Source of the DNA: Thermodesulfovibrionales bacterium
Lineage (GTDB): Bacteria > Nitrospirota > Thermodesulfovibrionia > Thermodesulfovibrionales > UBA6898
DNA: 18,846 nucleotides
Reading direction: 5' to 3'
Assembly (NCBI GenBank): GCA_044450345.1
Contig: JBIOIY010000058.1
Coordinates: 1 to 18,846 of the forward strand
Part shown: positions 6,756 to 15,607 of the stretch, piece by piece
Layout of the letters: every line of letters starts with the position of its first letter
Numbering within the stretch: the first letter of the stretch is position 1
The notes under the pieces: model-generated
The model's database searches: none
What the model was told of the DNA's origin: nothing
What the model saw: the letters and a program-made list of their open reading frames with translations, nothing else
Position numbers and translations under genes: made by a program

Positions 6756-8582
6756 TTATTCGACCGTAACGCTTTTGGCGAGGTTTCTCGGCTGGTCTAC
6801 ATCACACCCCCTGAGCACCCCGATGTGGTATGCAAGCAATTGCAGAGGAACCGCAAAAAGCACCGTGGACAGGAACCTGTTCGTATCGGGAACAATGATG
6901 CAGCTCTTTGAAATTTCACAGACCTCGCGTGCGCTTTCGGCAGCGATGGAAACGACCTTCCCGCCCCTGCTGTTGACCTCCTGAATACTCGTCACCATCT
7001 TTTCGAAGAGACCGTCCCGTGATACCAGTACCACGACCGGGAGCTCTTCGTCTATAAGGGCTATCGGTCCATGCTTCATCTCTCCGGCGGGGTATCCTTC
7101 GGCATGGATATAGGATATTTCCTTCAGCTTGAGCGCGCCCTCAAGCGCGATCGGATAGTTAATGCCCCTGCCGAGATATATGAACCCTCTTGCCCTGAAA
7201 TAGTCCTTTGCGATCGACCTGATCGCTTCATCCGCGGCAAGCGCCTTTTCCACCTTCCCCGGCAGCAGGATAAGTTCTTCCAGAAGTTCCCTGCCCTGAT
7301 CAGGGCTGAGCGTACCCCGCAAACGGCCGAACGCAACGGCCAGCAGATACACGGCGGAGACCTGTGTAAGAAACGCCTTCGTCGATGCCACCCCGATCTC
7401 GGGGCCCGAATGGGTGTAGAAGACCGCATCCGCCTCCCGCGCCGAAGTACTGCCCACCACATTACAGATGCTGAGCACAGTGGCGCCCAGCTTCTTCGCC
7501 TCCCTCTGTGCAGCGAGGGTGTCGGCCGTCTCCCCTGATTGGGTAATGACGATAAGCAGATGGCCGGAATCAACAAGCGGCTTCCGATAACGAAATTCTG
7601 ATGCGATGTCGACTTCAACGCTCATCCTGGCGAGTTCTTCGAACATATATTTGCCGGCAAGTCCGGCGTGCCATGAAGTTCCGCAGGCGACGATAAAGAT
7701 CTTTTTTATCTCTTTCAGCCTATGTAGGGGAATCCCGAACTCATCCAGGTTGACCTCGCCGCTGTCGAGCGAAAATCTGCCCCTGAGCGTATCACCGACG
7801 GCACGTGGCTGCTCGAATATCTCCTTGAGCATAAAATGCCTGTACCCACCTTTTTCGGCCATGGATGGGCTCATCGTGACGGACTGCACATCCTTATGCA
7901 CGGGGGTGCCGTCAAGTTTCGTCACAAGGACCCCGTCACCGGTAAGGACAACCATCTCCTCCTCACCCAGATACATCACGTCCCTCGAATAACTAAGGAA
8001 CGCAGGGACATCTGAAGCAATAAAATATTCACCGTCACCGAGACCCACCACGAGAGGACTGTCCTTCCTGACGCCAACGACCTTGCCCGGCTCTTTTTCG
8101 TTGATAACGGCCAGCGCGTATGCACCTTGCACCTCTTTCAAGGCGGCCCTCACCGCATCTTCCAGCGGAAGGGTCTTTGCGTAATCCCCGATAAGGTGGC
8201 AGAGCACCTCCGTGTCCGTGTCGGAACGGAATTCATATCCCTTGAAGAGAAGTTTCTTTTTCAGACTGAGGTAATTCTCGATTATGCCGTTATGCACAAG
8301 AACAATGCCGCCGGAACGATGGGGATGGGCATTTTCCTCGGATGGTTTCCCGTGCGTAGCCCACCGTGTATGTCCGATGGCGGTCGTGCTTGACAGGTTT
8401 TCCTTCTCCACGATCGACGCAAGGTCTTTGATCTTTCCTTTACATCTGATCACATCCACGCCCTTTTTTGAAAAAAAGGCGATACCCGCAGAATCATACC
8501 CCCGGTATTCGAGCCTCTTAAGCCCTTCAAGGATGATCGCCACGGCATTCCTATTGCCCGTATATCCGATTATGCCGCACAT
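6756..8582 (-). CDS. glmS: Glutamine--fructose-6-phosphate aminotransferase (isomerizing)
   Basis: MCGIIG, LEYRGYDSAG, GHTRWATHG, QSGETADT, EGALKLKEISY and C-terminal PRNLAKSVTVE. Confidence 0.99.
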   Translation of the reverse strand: MCGIIGYTGNRNAVAIILEGLKRLEYRGYDSAGIAFFSKKGVDVIRCKGKIKDLASIVEKENLSSTTAIGHTRWATHGKPSEENAHPHRSGGIVLVHNGIIENYLSLKKKLLFKGYEFRSDTDTEVLCHLIGDYAKTLPLEDAVRAALKEVQGAYALAVINEKEPGKVVGVRKDSPLVVGLGDGEYFIASDVPAFLSYSRDVMYLGEEEMVVLTGDGVLVTKLDGTPVHKDVQSVTMSPSMAEKGGYRHFMLKEIFEQPRAVGDTLRGRFSLDSGEVNLDEFGIPLHRLKEIKKIFIVACGTSWHAGLAGKYMFEELARMSVEVDIASEFRYRKPLVDSGHLLIVITQSGETADTLAAQREAKKLGATVLSICNVVGSTSAREADAVFYTHSGPEIGVASTKAFLTQVSAVYLLAVAFGRLRGTLSPDQGRELLEELILLPGKVEKALAADEAIRSIAKDYFRARGFIYLGRGINYPIALEGALKLKEISYIHAEGYPAGEMKHGPIALIDEELPVVVLVSRDGLFEKMVTSIQEVNSRGGKVVSIAAESAREVCEISKSCIIVPDTNRFLSTVLFAVPLQLLAYHIGVLRGCDVDQPRNLAKSVTVE

Positions 8583-8642
8583 GTCAACGCCGTAATCCGG
8601 GAGACCTTATGAGCCGGGAGTTCATGTAAACTTCCTTGACTT

Positions 8643-10049
8643 TCATTTTTTCTTGAGAGCCTTCTGTCTTTTACTTCCCGTTCCCTGACGCCCTCTGTTT
8701 GCCCAGCCGCGTATGTTCTTCTGCCTGGTCCTGCTCAAGGCGAGTGCCCCGGCAGGGACGTCCTCAGTGATCGTTGAACCGGCCCCTATATATGCTCCCT
8801 TGCCGACCTTCACCGGCGCAACAAATTGTGTGTCGCTCCCGACAAAGACACCGTCGCCCAGGACAGTCCTGTGTTTCTTTTCTCCATCATAATTGCACAT
8901 TATCGTCCCCGCTCCGATATTTACACCCTTGCCTATCACCGTGTCGCCCAGATAGCTCAGATGGGATGCCTTGCTCTCCCTGCCGATGACCGCCTTTTTC
9001 AATTCCACAAAGTTTCCCACCCTGGCCCCGGCGCCTACTTCAGACCCCGGCCTCAGATGGGCAAAGGGGCCTACAGAGGCCCTGTCTTTAACTGTAGAGC
9101 CCTCGATCAACGAAGAGTCTTTAATGACAACCCCCGATCCGATCCGGGCGTTGACGATCCTGACATTAGGGAATATAGTCGTCCCCCGTCCTATTTTTAC
9201 GTGTCCCTCAAGATGGACATTCGGATAGATTATAGAATCTCTTCCTATCGAGACGCCGGCATGGATAAATACTGAACCGGCATCAAGAAAAGTCACCCCT
9301 CTTTCGGACCATTTTTTTGAGATTCGCTTCCTCATGAGCAGGGACGCCCTGGCAAGTTCCTCCCTCGTGTTCACTCCCATAAATTCTTCTTCGGTGCCTA
9401 TGCAGTAGGCAGACGCTTTTAAGCCGTGCTTCGCCGCCTCCGTTACGATGTCCGTAAGATAGTATTCGCCTTTGGCACTGTTCATCGTGATCGCATCGAG
9501 AAGCAAAAGGGCATCCCCGTTAAGGGCATAGACGCCGCTATTCACCTCGCATATTTTTTTCTGGAAGGGATCAGCGTCCTTCTCCTCGATGATCGCCGAA
9601 ACCCCTCCGGAGCCGTCTCTGACGATCCGTCCGTAATCTTTCGGGTCCTTCGCGTTAAAAGAAATCACCGAAAGGGAGTTCTTGTCCCTCCGGTGCAGCC
9701 TCAAAAACTTTTTTATCGTTTCATGTTCCACAAGCGGGCTGTCCCCATTGAGGACCACGACAGTCCCCTGAAAATCGCCCAATGCCCGCCTGGCACACAA
9801 TAGGGCATGTCCCGTACCTTTCGCCTCTTTCTGAAGCACAAAAAAAACATCTGCCGCCTCCACCGATTTTCTGATCGAATCGATATGCTTCCCCGCAACA
9901 ACGACTACCTTTTCCGCATTGACCCTCTTGGCGGCGCTTACTACGCTCTCAAGCATGGAGGCTCCGCATATCTCGTGCAGGACCTTGGGTACCCCGGACC
10001 TCATCCTTTTTCCGAGTCCGGCAGCAAGTATTACACACGCGGTGCTCAC
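8643..10049 (-). CDS. glmU: Bifunctional UDP-GlcNAc pyrophosphorylase / glucosamine-1-phosphate acetyltransferase
   Basis: ILAAGLGKRMRS..PKVLH, GTGHA, YGRIVR, EYYLTD, hexapeptide repeats, GPFAHLRP, GNFVE, HLSYLGD and CNYDG. The GTG start overlaps the upstream stop (GTGA). Confidence 0.98.
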   Translation of the reverse strand: MSTACVILAAGLGKRMRSGVPKVLHEICGASMLESVVSAAKRVNAEKVVVVAGKHIDSIRKSVEAADVFFVLQKEAKGTGHALLCARRALGDFQGTVVVLNGDSPLVEHETIKKFLRLHRRDKNSLSVISFNAKDPKDYGRIVRDGSGGVSAIIEEKDADPFQKKICEVNSGVYALNGDALLLLDAITMNSAKGEYYLTDIVTEAAKHGLKASAYCIGTEEEFMGVNTREELARASLLMRKRISKKWSERGVTFLDAGSVFIHAGVSIGRDSIIYPNVHLEGHVKIGRGTTIFPNVRIVNARIGSGVVIKDSSLIEGSTVKDRASVGPFAHLRPGSEVGAGARVGNFVELKKAVIGRESKASHLSYLGDTVIGKGVNIGAGTIMCNYDGEKKHRTVLGDGVFVGSDTQFVAPVKVGKGAYIGAGSTITEDVPAGALALSRTRQKNIRGWANRGRQGTGSKRQKALKKK

Positions 10050-10663
10050 TCTTTCGCCTCTCCTATCATATTCGGCGCGGCGATCCCCCCCGACAAGATG
10101 ATCTTTATCCCTTCATCAATCGGGATGTCCGTATAAAAAACTTCGCCTTCGCTGACCAATACGATCTCCCCGAGATAGAGATTGTTCGTGGGGACATAAA
10201 CGGCCCTTAGACAGACTTCCTTGCCGCTGTTGCTTTTCTTTACCGTACATTCCTTTGTGAGAAATCCGAACGCAAAGGCCCCGGCCCTCGGGTATTCGAT
10301 AATCACGAATTTCTTGAACGAGGCAGACTTGTTTTCCGGCGAAAAGGCGTCCACAAGATGTTTCACCGCGGTATAGAGACCCTTGAGCACCGGGATATTC
10401 ATAAATATCCTCTCGAAAAATTCAATCATCCTCTTCCCGAATATATTCGTGGAAATAATACCTACCACAAAGACGATTATTACGGCCGAAACGAAGCCCA
10501 GGCCGGGCGTATGATATCCGAGGATGTCGAAATAAAGGGGCTCGAGCAGACCGTCCACAAACCTGAAAAACCATCTTATCACAAGGATGGTAATAATTGC
10601 AGGTATCAGGACGAACAAGCCGGTAATAAATTTTCTTTTGAAGGTAGCACTGATAGACGACAT
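10046..10663 (-). CDS. DUF502 family membrane protein
   Basis: Two hydrophobic helices (FITGLFVLIPAIITIL; LGFVSAVIIVFVVGII), then IPVLKGLY, IEYPR, VYVPT and IILSGG. Confidence 0.88.
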   Translation of the reverse strand: MSSISATFKRKFITGLFVLIPAIITILVIRWFFRFVDGLLEPLYFDILGYHTPGLGFVSAVIIVFVVGIISTNIFGKRMIEFFERIFMNIPVLKGLYTAVKHLVDAFSPENKSASFKKFVIIEYPRAGAFAFGFLTKECTVKKSNSGKEVCLRAVYVPTNNLYLGEIVLVSEGEVFYTDIPIDEGIKIILSGGIAAPNMIGEAKE

Positions 10664-10671
10664 ATCAGCTT

Positions 10672-10701
10672 ATGATAACCATTGGCTTGTTATTAATGCA
10701 A
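10672..10701 (-). promoter_or_regulatory. Putative sigma70 promoter of DUF502-glmU-glmS
   Basis: Minus strand TTGCAT, 18 nt spacer, TATCAT, then 8 nt to ATG 10663. No SD. Confidence 0.45.
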
Positions 10702-10732
10702 TCACGAGACGAACGGCGCCGGTCGCAAAGGG

Positions 10733-11488
10733 CTACTTGCCCGCCTTTTCAGCAACCTCGTCGGGGATATCAAAGTTCGCGTACACATTCTGGATATCAT
10801 CATTGTCTTCCAGGGCATCCATCAGCCTCACCATCTGTTCGGCCGCCTCCTCATCAAGTACCACATAGTTCTTGGGGAGCATCGACACTTCGGCCGACGC
10901 GACCGGTATGTTGGCTTTTTCGATGGCGTCCTTCACCCTTATGAAATCTTCGGGGGCGGTAATGATCTCATAGTTCTCTTCATCAGGGTCGTTCTTCATG
11001 TCCTCGGCGCCGGCGTCGAGTGCTACGGACATTACCGTGTCCTCCGATGACTTTGACTTATTGACGAGGATGTATCCCTTCTTGTCGAACATCCACGACA
11101 CGCAGCCGGTTTCTCCGAGGCTGCCGCCGCTCTTGGCCAGCATGTGTCTGATCTCGGGCAGCGTTCTGTTTTTATTATCGGTCATTACTTCGATCATCAG
11201 CGCGACACCGGCCGGTCCGTATCCCTCATATACATATTCCTCATACGCAACTCCGGGAAGTTCTCCCGTTCCCTTCATAATCGCTTTTTTAATGTTGTCA
11301 TGGGGCATGTTCACTTCTTTGGCCTTTTCAACGGCGCTGCGGAGTCTCGGGTTGCCGTCGGGGTCTCCGCCCCCAAGCCTTGCCGCGATAGAGACCTCCT
11401 TTACGATCTTCGTAAATGTTTTCCCCCTCTTCGCATCCGTCTGCCCCTTCTTATGTTTTATCTGTGACCACTTGGAATGTCCTGACAC
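10733..11488 (-). CDS. yebC: YebC/PmpR family protein
   Basis: [39 protein letters not shown] and [12 protein letters not shown] start with AGGAGG SD. Confidence 0.96.
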   Translation of the reverse strand: MSGHSKWSQIKHKKGQTDAKRGKTFTKIVKEVSIAARLGGGDPDGNPRLRSAVEKAKEVNMPHDNIKKAIMKGTGELPGVAYEEYVYEGYGPAGVALMIEVMTDNKNRTLPEIRHMLAKSGGSLGETGCVSWMFDKKGYILVNKSKSSEDTVMSVALDAGAEDMKNDPDEENYEIITAPEDFIRVKDAIEKANIPVASAEVSMLPKNYVVLDEEAAEQMVRLMDALEDNDDIQNVYANFDIPDEVAEKAGK

Positions 11489-11605
11489 GAAAAACCTCCT
11501 GAACTATTTCGTTTTTATCGTCTTGCCCTTTTCTTCAAGCCTATGTCTCAAATTCCAACCTGTCCACAAAATTGAAAGAGGAAAAAGGAGATATATACCT
11601 TTTTT

Positions 11606-11635
11606 ATAATAATTCCAGGAACTTTCTGCTGTCAA
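11606..11635 (-). promoter_or_regulatory. Putative sigma70 promoter upstream of yebC
   Basis: Minus strand TTGACA (11635-11630), 18 nt spacer, TATTAT (11611-11606). Confidence 0.55.
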
Positions 11636-11685
11636 GGAGACTCCCCCGCTCCCGCTGCGTTCCCCGGCAGGTCAGGACTGATCTT

Positions 11686-13056
11686 TTATGATTCGATGCC
11701 GTAATCTTTGATCTTTGTAAGGAGTGTCTTATAGCTTACCTGAAGCAGTTCCGAAGCCCTGCTTTTATTCCCCCTTGTCTCCTTCAGGGCACGGACGATC
11801 CTCTGCGTCTCGGCCATCCTCGTAGCCTCTTTCGCGGTATACTCCAGGGGGCCCTCCACAGGCAGGCTCTTTAGAGAGTATTCGAGGGATAGTCTCTGGT
11901 TGAGCGCCATGTGATCAGGGAAGATGGTATCACCGTCGCAGAGGATGATAGCCCTTTCGATGCAATTTTCGAGTTCCCTCACATTCCCCTTCCACGGGTA
12001 GTTCATAAGCATTTCCGAGGCCTCTTTCGAAATCTTTTTTAAGGGCGTTTTGAGTTCCGCGCAATACTTGTTGATAAAATATTCCGAGAGCAGCGGGATA
12101 TCGTCGGTCCGTTCTCTAAGCGGCGGTATCACGACAGGAAACACGTTCAGCCGGTAAAAAAGGTCCTCTCTGAATATCCCGTCTTCGACCGCCTTTTCGA
12201 TATCCCTGTTGCTCGCAGCCACTATCCTCACATCGATCATGACCGACTTGAGTCCGCCTACCCTCTCTATCTCGCCTTCCTGTATCACCCTCAATAGCTT
12301 GGTCTGAAGCGAGAGGTCCATTTCAGCGATCTCGTCAAGGAATATCGTGCCCTTGTCCGCCAGCTCGAACTTGCCGATCTTTTTCGCTTCAGCACCGGTA
12401 AAGGCCCCCTTCTCATGCCCGAAAAGTTCACTCTCCAGCAACTCCCTCGGGATGGCGGCGCAATTTATAGGAACGAACGGATACTCTCCCCTCGGACTGA
12501 GATTGTGAATGGCCCTGGCAAAAAGTTCTTTTCCTGTGCCGCTTTCACCCAGAAGCAGCACTGTGGTTTTTCCCTGGGCTACTTTCTGGACCATTTGAGC
12601 GACCTCGGCCATGCCGCTGCTCCTGCCTATTATCTTCGGTGCGCCGAATTTAGCAGCCAGTTCGTCTTTCAAAAGTATATTTTCTGTAAGAAGTCTCTGC
12701 GTCTCAAGCGCCCTTTTGATCAGGAGAAGCAGGTGGTCCGTATCAAAAGGTTTTGTAATAAAATCGAAAGCCCCCTCTTTCATCGCGGCAACCGCGTTCT
12801 CTATCGTACCGAAGGCCGTCATCACTATAACGGGTGTAAGCTGGCTCTCTGATTTGGAGGCCCTGAGCACTTCAATCCCGTCCTTTTTGGGAAGTTTCAG
12901 ATCAGAGAGGACAAGGTCGAAATGGCCCTCCCTGAGGACCCGTATGCCTTCCAGGCCGTCTCTGGCGATGACTGTCCTGTATCCCGCTGATTCAAGCGTC
13001 TCCTTCAGCATCTGCGCCATTGAATCTTTGTCTTCAACCAGTAGGATCGTTTGCAT
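11686..13056 (-). CDS. NtrC-family sigma54-dependent response regulator (REC-AAA+-Fis HTH)
   Basis: Receiver motifs LLVED, LSDLKLP, VMTA and ITKP; Walker A GESGTGKE; intact GAFTGA; FLDEI; FREDLFYRL; WKGNVREL; C-terminal HTH GNKSRASELLQVSYKTL. Confidence 0.96.
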   Translation of the reverse strand: MQTILLVEDKDSMAQMLKETLESAGYRTVIARDGLEGIRVLREGHFDLVLSDLKLPKKDGIEVLRASKSESQLTPVIVMTAFGTIENAVAAMKEGAFDFITKPFDTDHLLLLIKRALETQRLLTENILLKDELAAKFGAPKIIGRSSGMAEVAQMVQKVAQGKTTVLLLGESGTGKELFARAIHNLSPRGEYPFVPINCAAIPRELLESELFGHEKGAFTGAEAKKIGKFELADKGTIFLDEIAEMDLSLQTKLLRVIQEGEIERVGGLKSVMIDVRIVAASNRDIEKAVEDGIFREDLFYRLNVFPVVIPPLRERTDDIPLLSEYFINKYCAELKTPLKKISKEASEMLMNYPWKGNVRELENCIERAIILCDGDTIFPDHMALNQRLSLEYSLKSLPVEGPLEYTAKEATRMAETQRIVRALKETRGNKSRASELLQVSYKTLLTKIKDYGIES

Positions 13057-13060
13057 AGAT

Positions 13061-13846
13061 TTACATTCTTGCTTCTTTCAGCGTCTGTTTACATCCGCAG
13101 GAGGAAGGCTTCCCTTCAAGGGAGAACACCGACTTCAAAACCGGGCGCAGGCTTTCCGCGGATGACTGCATGCATGCGAGGACCTCTTTCGTAGTTAGTT
13201 TCTCTGCCGCTATCCCTGCAGCAAAGTTTGTGATCACCGCAATACAAGTAAAACATATTTCAAGCTCCCGCGCAAGTACGGCCTCAGGCATAAGGGTCAT
13301 GCCGACCATGTCGGCGCCCCATTCGGAGTAGGCCCTTATCTCCGCTGCTGTCTCGAGCCGCGGCCCGTTCGTGCAGACATATACTCCGGACTTGTTTACG
13401 GTCACGCCGGCATCAGCCGCCGCGTCAAAAACAAGAGTTCTCATATCAGGACAAAAAGGTTCGGTAAAATCTACGTGGACCACTTCGTCTTCATCATAAA
13501 AAGTGGACTTTCTGCCATGTGTCATATCGATTATCTGGTCGGGGACTGCTATCAGGCCGGGCGTCATCCCGGGGTTTATTCCGCCGGCGGAACATATCGA
13601 AATAATCTTCTCCACGCCCAATTCCCTGAATCCCCATATGTTCGCCCTGTAATTGACTTTGTGGGGCTGGATATGATGCATCGAACCGTGCCTGGGGAGA
13701 AAGACAGCGTCCCTGCCCGACCATCTCCCTATTCTGTACATGTCCGAAGGTTCTCCGTGAGGGGTGCTGACCTTGACGGAATCTCTTATCTCCAGTTCGG
13801 GGATGTCATATAGTCCGCTTCCTCCCATCACTCCAATTGCAGGCAT
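13061..13846 (-). CDS. MTAP/PNP-family purine nucleoside phosphorylase, probably 6-oxopurine (methylthioinosine) specific
   Basis: GVMGGSG, FLPRHG, VNYRANI, PDQIID, GPRLETAAE, VGMT and TNFAAG. SD AAAGGAG. Confidence 0.9.
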   Translation of the reverse strand: MPAIGVMGGSGLYDIPELEIRDSVKVSTPHGEPSDMYRIGRWSGRDAVFLPRHGSMHHIQPHKVNYRANIWGFRELGVEKIISICSAGGINPGMTPGLIAVPDQIIDMTHGRKSTFYDEDEVVHVDFTEPFCPDMRTLVFDAAADAGVTVNKSGVYVCTNGPRLETAAEIRAYSEWGADMVGMTLMPEAVLARELEICFTCIAVITNFAAGIAAEKLTTKEVLACMQSSAESLRPVLKSVFSLEGKPSSCGCKQTLKEARM

Positions 13847-13976
13847 ATCGAATCTCCTTTTTAATGCTGTTTTAATACCGGCTGCTCTTAGTCGGTCCGA
13901 TTATTAGTGTATAATAATCTACCTCATATTTTCGATAATGAAGCGGCACGATATTTTTCTTTTGGGAGGAGTGGAT

Positions 13977-15362
13977 TTGATCGACAAGGAACTCCAGTCA
14001 ACACTGATCAGGAAAACCCTTTCCCGTGGAGGTGAATACGCCGATGTTTTCGTTGAACAGCGAGAACAGACATCTCTCGTCATAGAAGACGGCAAACTCG
14101 AGAAGGTGGTTACGGGGACTGAAACGGGCGTAGGCATACGTCTGATCTATAAGGGAAGGACCGCCTATGCATTCAGTAACGACCTTTCAGAAAAAGCGCT
14201 GCTGCAAGCAGCATACGAGACGAGCAAGGCGGCGGGCGAAGGCTACTTTGAAGGGTCAATCGACCTGGAGGTGAAAAAGCCTTCAGTCACCTTCGACATA
14301 AAATTACTGCCTGCAAATGTCGCCATCGGCAGTAAGATAGATCTCATAAGAAAAATGGATAAAACTGCGAGAAAATTCGACCCAAGGATAAAACAAGTGA
14401 CGGCAATATACAGGGATTCGGTGCAGAAGGTCCGGGTCGCAACGTCGGACGGTACTTTCGCTGAAGATGACCGGGTTTATACCACGGCGATGGTACAGGT
14501 CATCGCCGCTCAAGACGGCCTCATCCAGTCAGGCACCGAATCAGTCGGGGGGTTCGCAGGCTTCGAGATCTTCGAAGAGAATGATATCGAGGAACTGAGC
14601 CTCACCGCAGCAAGGCGGGCCGTAACTATGCTTTCGGCAAGAAAGGCCCCGGGGGGCAGGATGCCCGTCATTATTTCATCGCGGGCGGGCGGGACGATGA
14701 TACACGAGGCAATAGGCCACGGACTTGAGGCCGACCTTGCGCAGCAGGGTCTTTCCGTATTTTCCGGAAAGATCGGAACTCAGGTCGCATCTCCGCTCAT
14801 CACCGTGATCGACGACGCAACCCTTCCGGGAAAGAGAGGGTCTTTCAGGTTCGACGATGAAGGAACTCCATCTCAACAGACCGTGCTCGTGGAAAAAGGT
14901 ATCCTGAGGAGCTACCTATATGACAGACTTACGGCAATGAAAGACAAAGTGAGATCGACTGGAAATGGGAGACGTGAATCCTATCGCCACCGTCCGATTC
15001 CGAGGATGACCAACACACTTATCACTGCGGGGGAAATGTCGCATGACGAGATACTGAACTCGCTCGATAAAGGGATCCTCGTGGAGAAAATGGGAGGCGG
15101 ACAGGTAAATACCGTTACGGGTGATTTTGTCTTCGAGGTCCAGGAAGGATACTTAATCGAAAAAGGGAAAAAGGGAGAACTGGTCAGAGGGGCCACATTG
15201 ACGGGCAACGGGCCCATGGTACTTGAATCGATTGACATGGTCGCTGATGATCTCGGCTTTTCCATCGGGACGTGCGGCAAAGATGCCCAGGGCGTGCCTG
15301 TCTCGGATGCCATGCCTACAGTCAGGATACCGGAGATCGTCGTCGGTGGCACCTACGATTGA
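13977..15362 (+). CDS. tldD: TldD metalloprotease subunit
   Basis: GGEYADVF, HEAIGH zinc motif, DDEGTP, STGNGRRESY..PIPRMTNT, GGGQV and CGKDAQ. Start moved to in-frame TTG 13977 because GGAGGAG at 13965-13971 precedes it (ORF track gives 13938). Confidence 0.93.
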   Translation: MIDKELQSTLIRKTLSRGGEYADVFVEQREQTSLVIEDGKLEKVVTGTETGVGIRLIYKGRTAYAFSNDLSEKALLQAAYETSKAAGEGYFEGSIDLEVKKPSVTFDIKLLPANVAIGSKIDLIRKMDKTARKFDPRIKQVTAIYRDSVQKVRVATSDGTFAEDDRVYTTAMVQVIAAQDGLIQSGTESVGGFAGFEIFEENDIEELSLTAARRAVTMLSARKAPGGRMPVIISSRAGGTMIHEAIGHGLEADLAQQGLSVFSGKIGTQVASPLITVIDDATLPGKRGSFRFDDEGTPSQQTVLVEKGILRSYLYDRLTAMKDKVRSTGNGRRESYRHRPIPRMTNTLITAGEMSHDEILNSLDKGILVEKMGGGQVNTVTGDFVFEVQEGYLIEKGKKGELVRGATLTGNGPMVLESIDMVADDLGFSIGTCGKDAQGVPVSDAMPTVRIPEIVVGGTYD

Positions 15363-15495
15363 TTACCCGGGGATCTGTCTTAATCAATGACAAATTACTT
15401 TTTTGTGCGGAGTGAACCACATATTTGGTCGGCGATTTCTATTATCGGCGTTTTTTTCGGCATCGTGATCAACTGTTTTATTCAAGGATTAACTG

Positions 15496-15511
15496 TGTCG
15501 AGTGTTAGACA
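15496..15511. promoter_or_regulatory. Candidate upstream activator sequence for a sigma54 enhancer-binding protein
   Basis: Dyad TGTC-N8-GACA (TGT-N10-ACA form) about 90-100 bp upstream of the predicted sigma54 start. A second dyad TGAG-N7-CTCA lies at 15514-15528. Confidence 0.45.
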
Positions 15512-15571
15512 AGTGAGGATATTTCTCAACAGTGTCATAATCCCGGGCCTTGAAATAACAGCAAACAAATA

Positions 15572-15587
15572 TGGCACATATTTTGCT
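15572..15587 (+). promoter_or_regulatory. sigma54 (-24/-12) promoter of lpxC
   Basis: TGGCAC-ATATT-TTGCT is an exact match to TGGCAC-N5-TTGCW, correctly oriented, 20 nt before ATG 15608. Confidence 0.8.
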
Positions 15588-15607
15588 TATCTAAATTTTT
15601 GATTATT

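Noticed and set aside
6683..6790. Tn7 insertion at attTn7 downstream of glmS
   Set aside because: The site appears empty. pcrA starts 73 nt after the glmS stop, with no Tn7 ends or tns genes.
8583..8642. glmS ribozyme
   Set aside because: Only 60 nt separate glmU and glmS, which is too short, and no ribozyme core is recognisable.
11560..11568. DnaA-box-like CTGTCCACA (also TTATCCAAG at 17383-17391) as an origin signal
   Set aside because: Each has two mismatches to TTATCCACA and is isolated, with no cluster and no dnaA context.
4251..15352. Numerous long antisense or alternate-frame ORFs over pcrA, glmS, glmU, yebC, the activator and tldD
   Set aside because: They are largely or fully nested against conserved genes and have no motifs or RBS, as expected for shadow ORFs.
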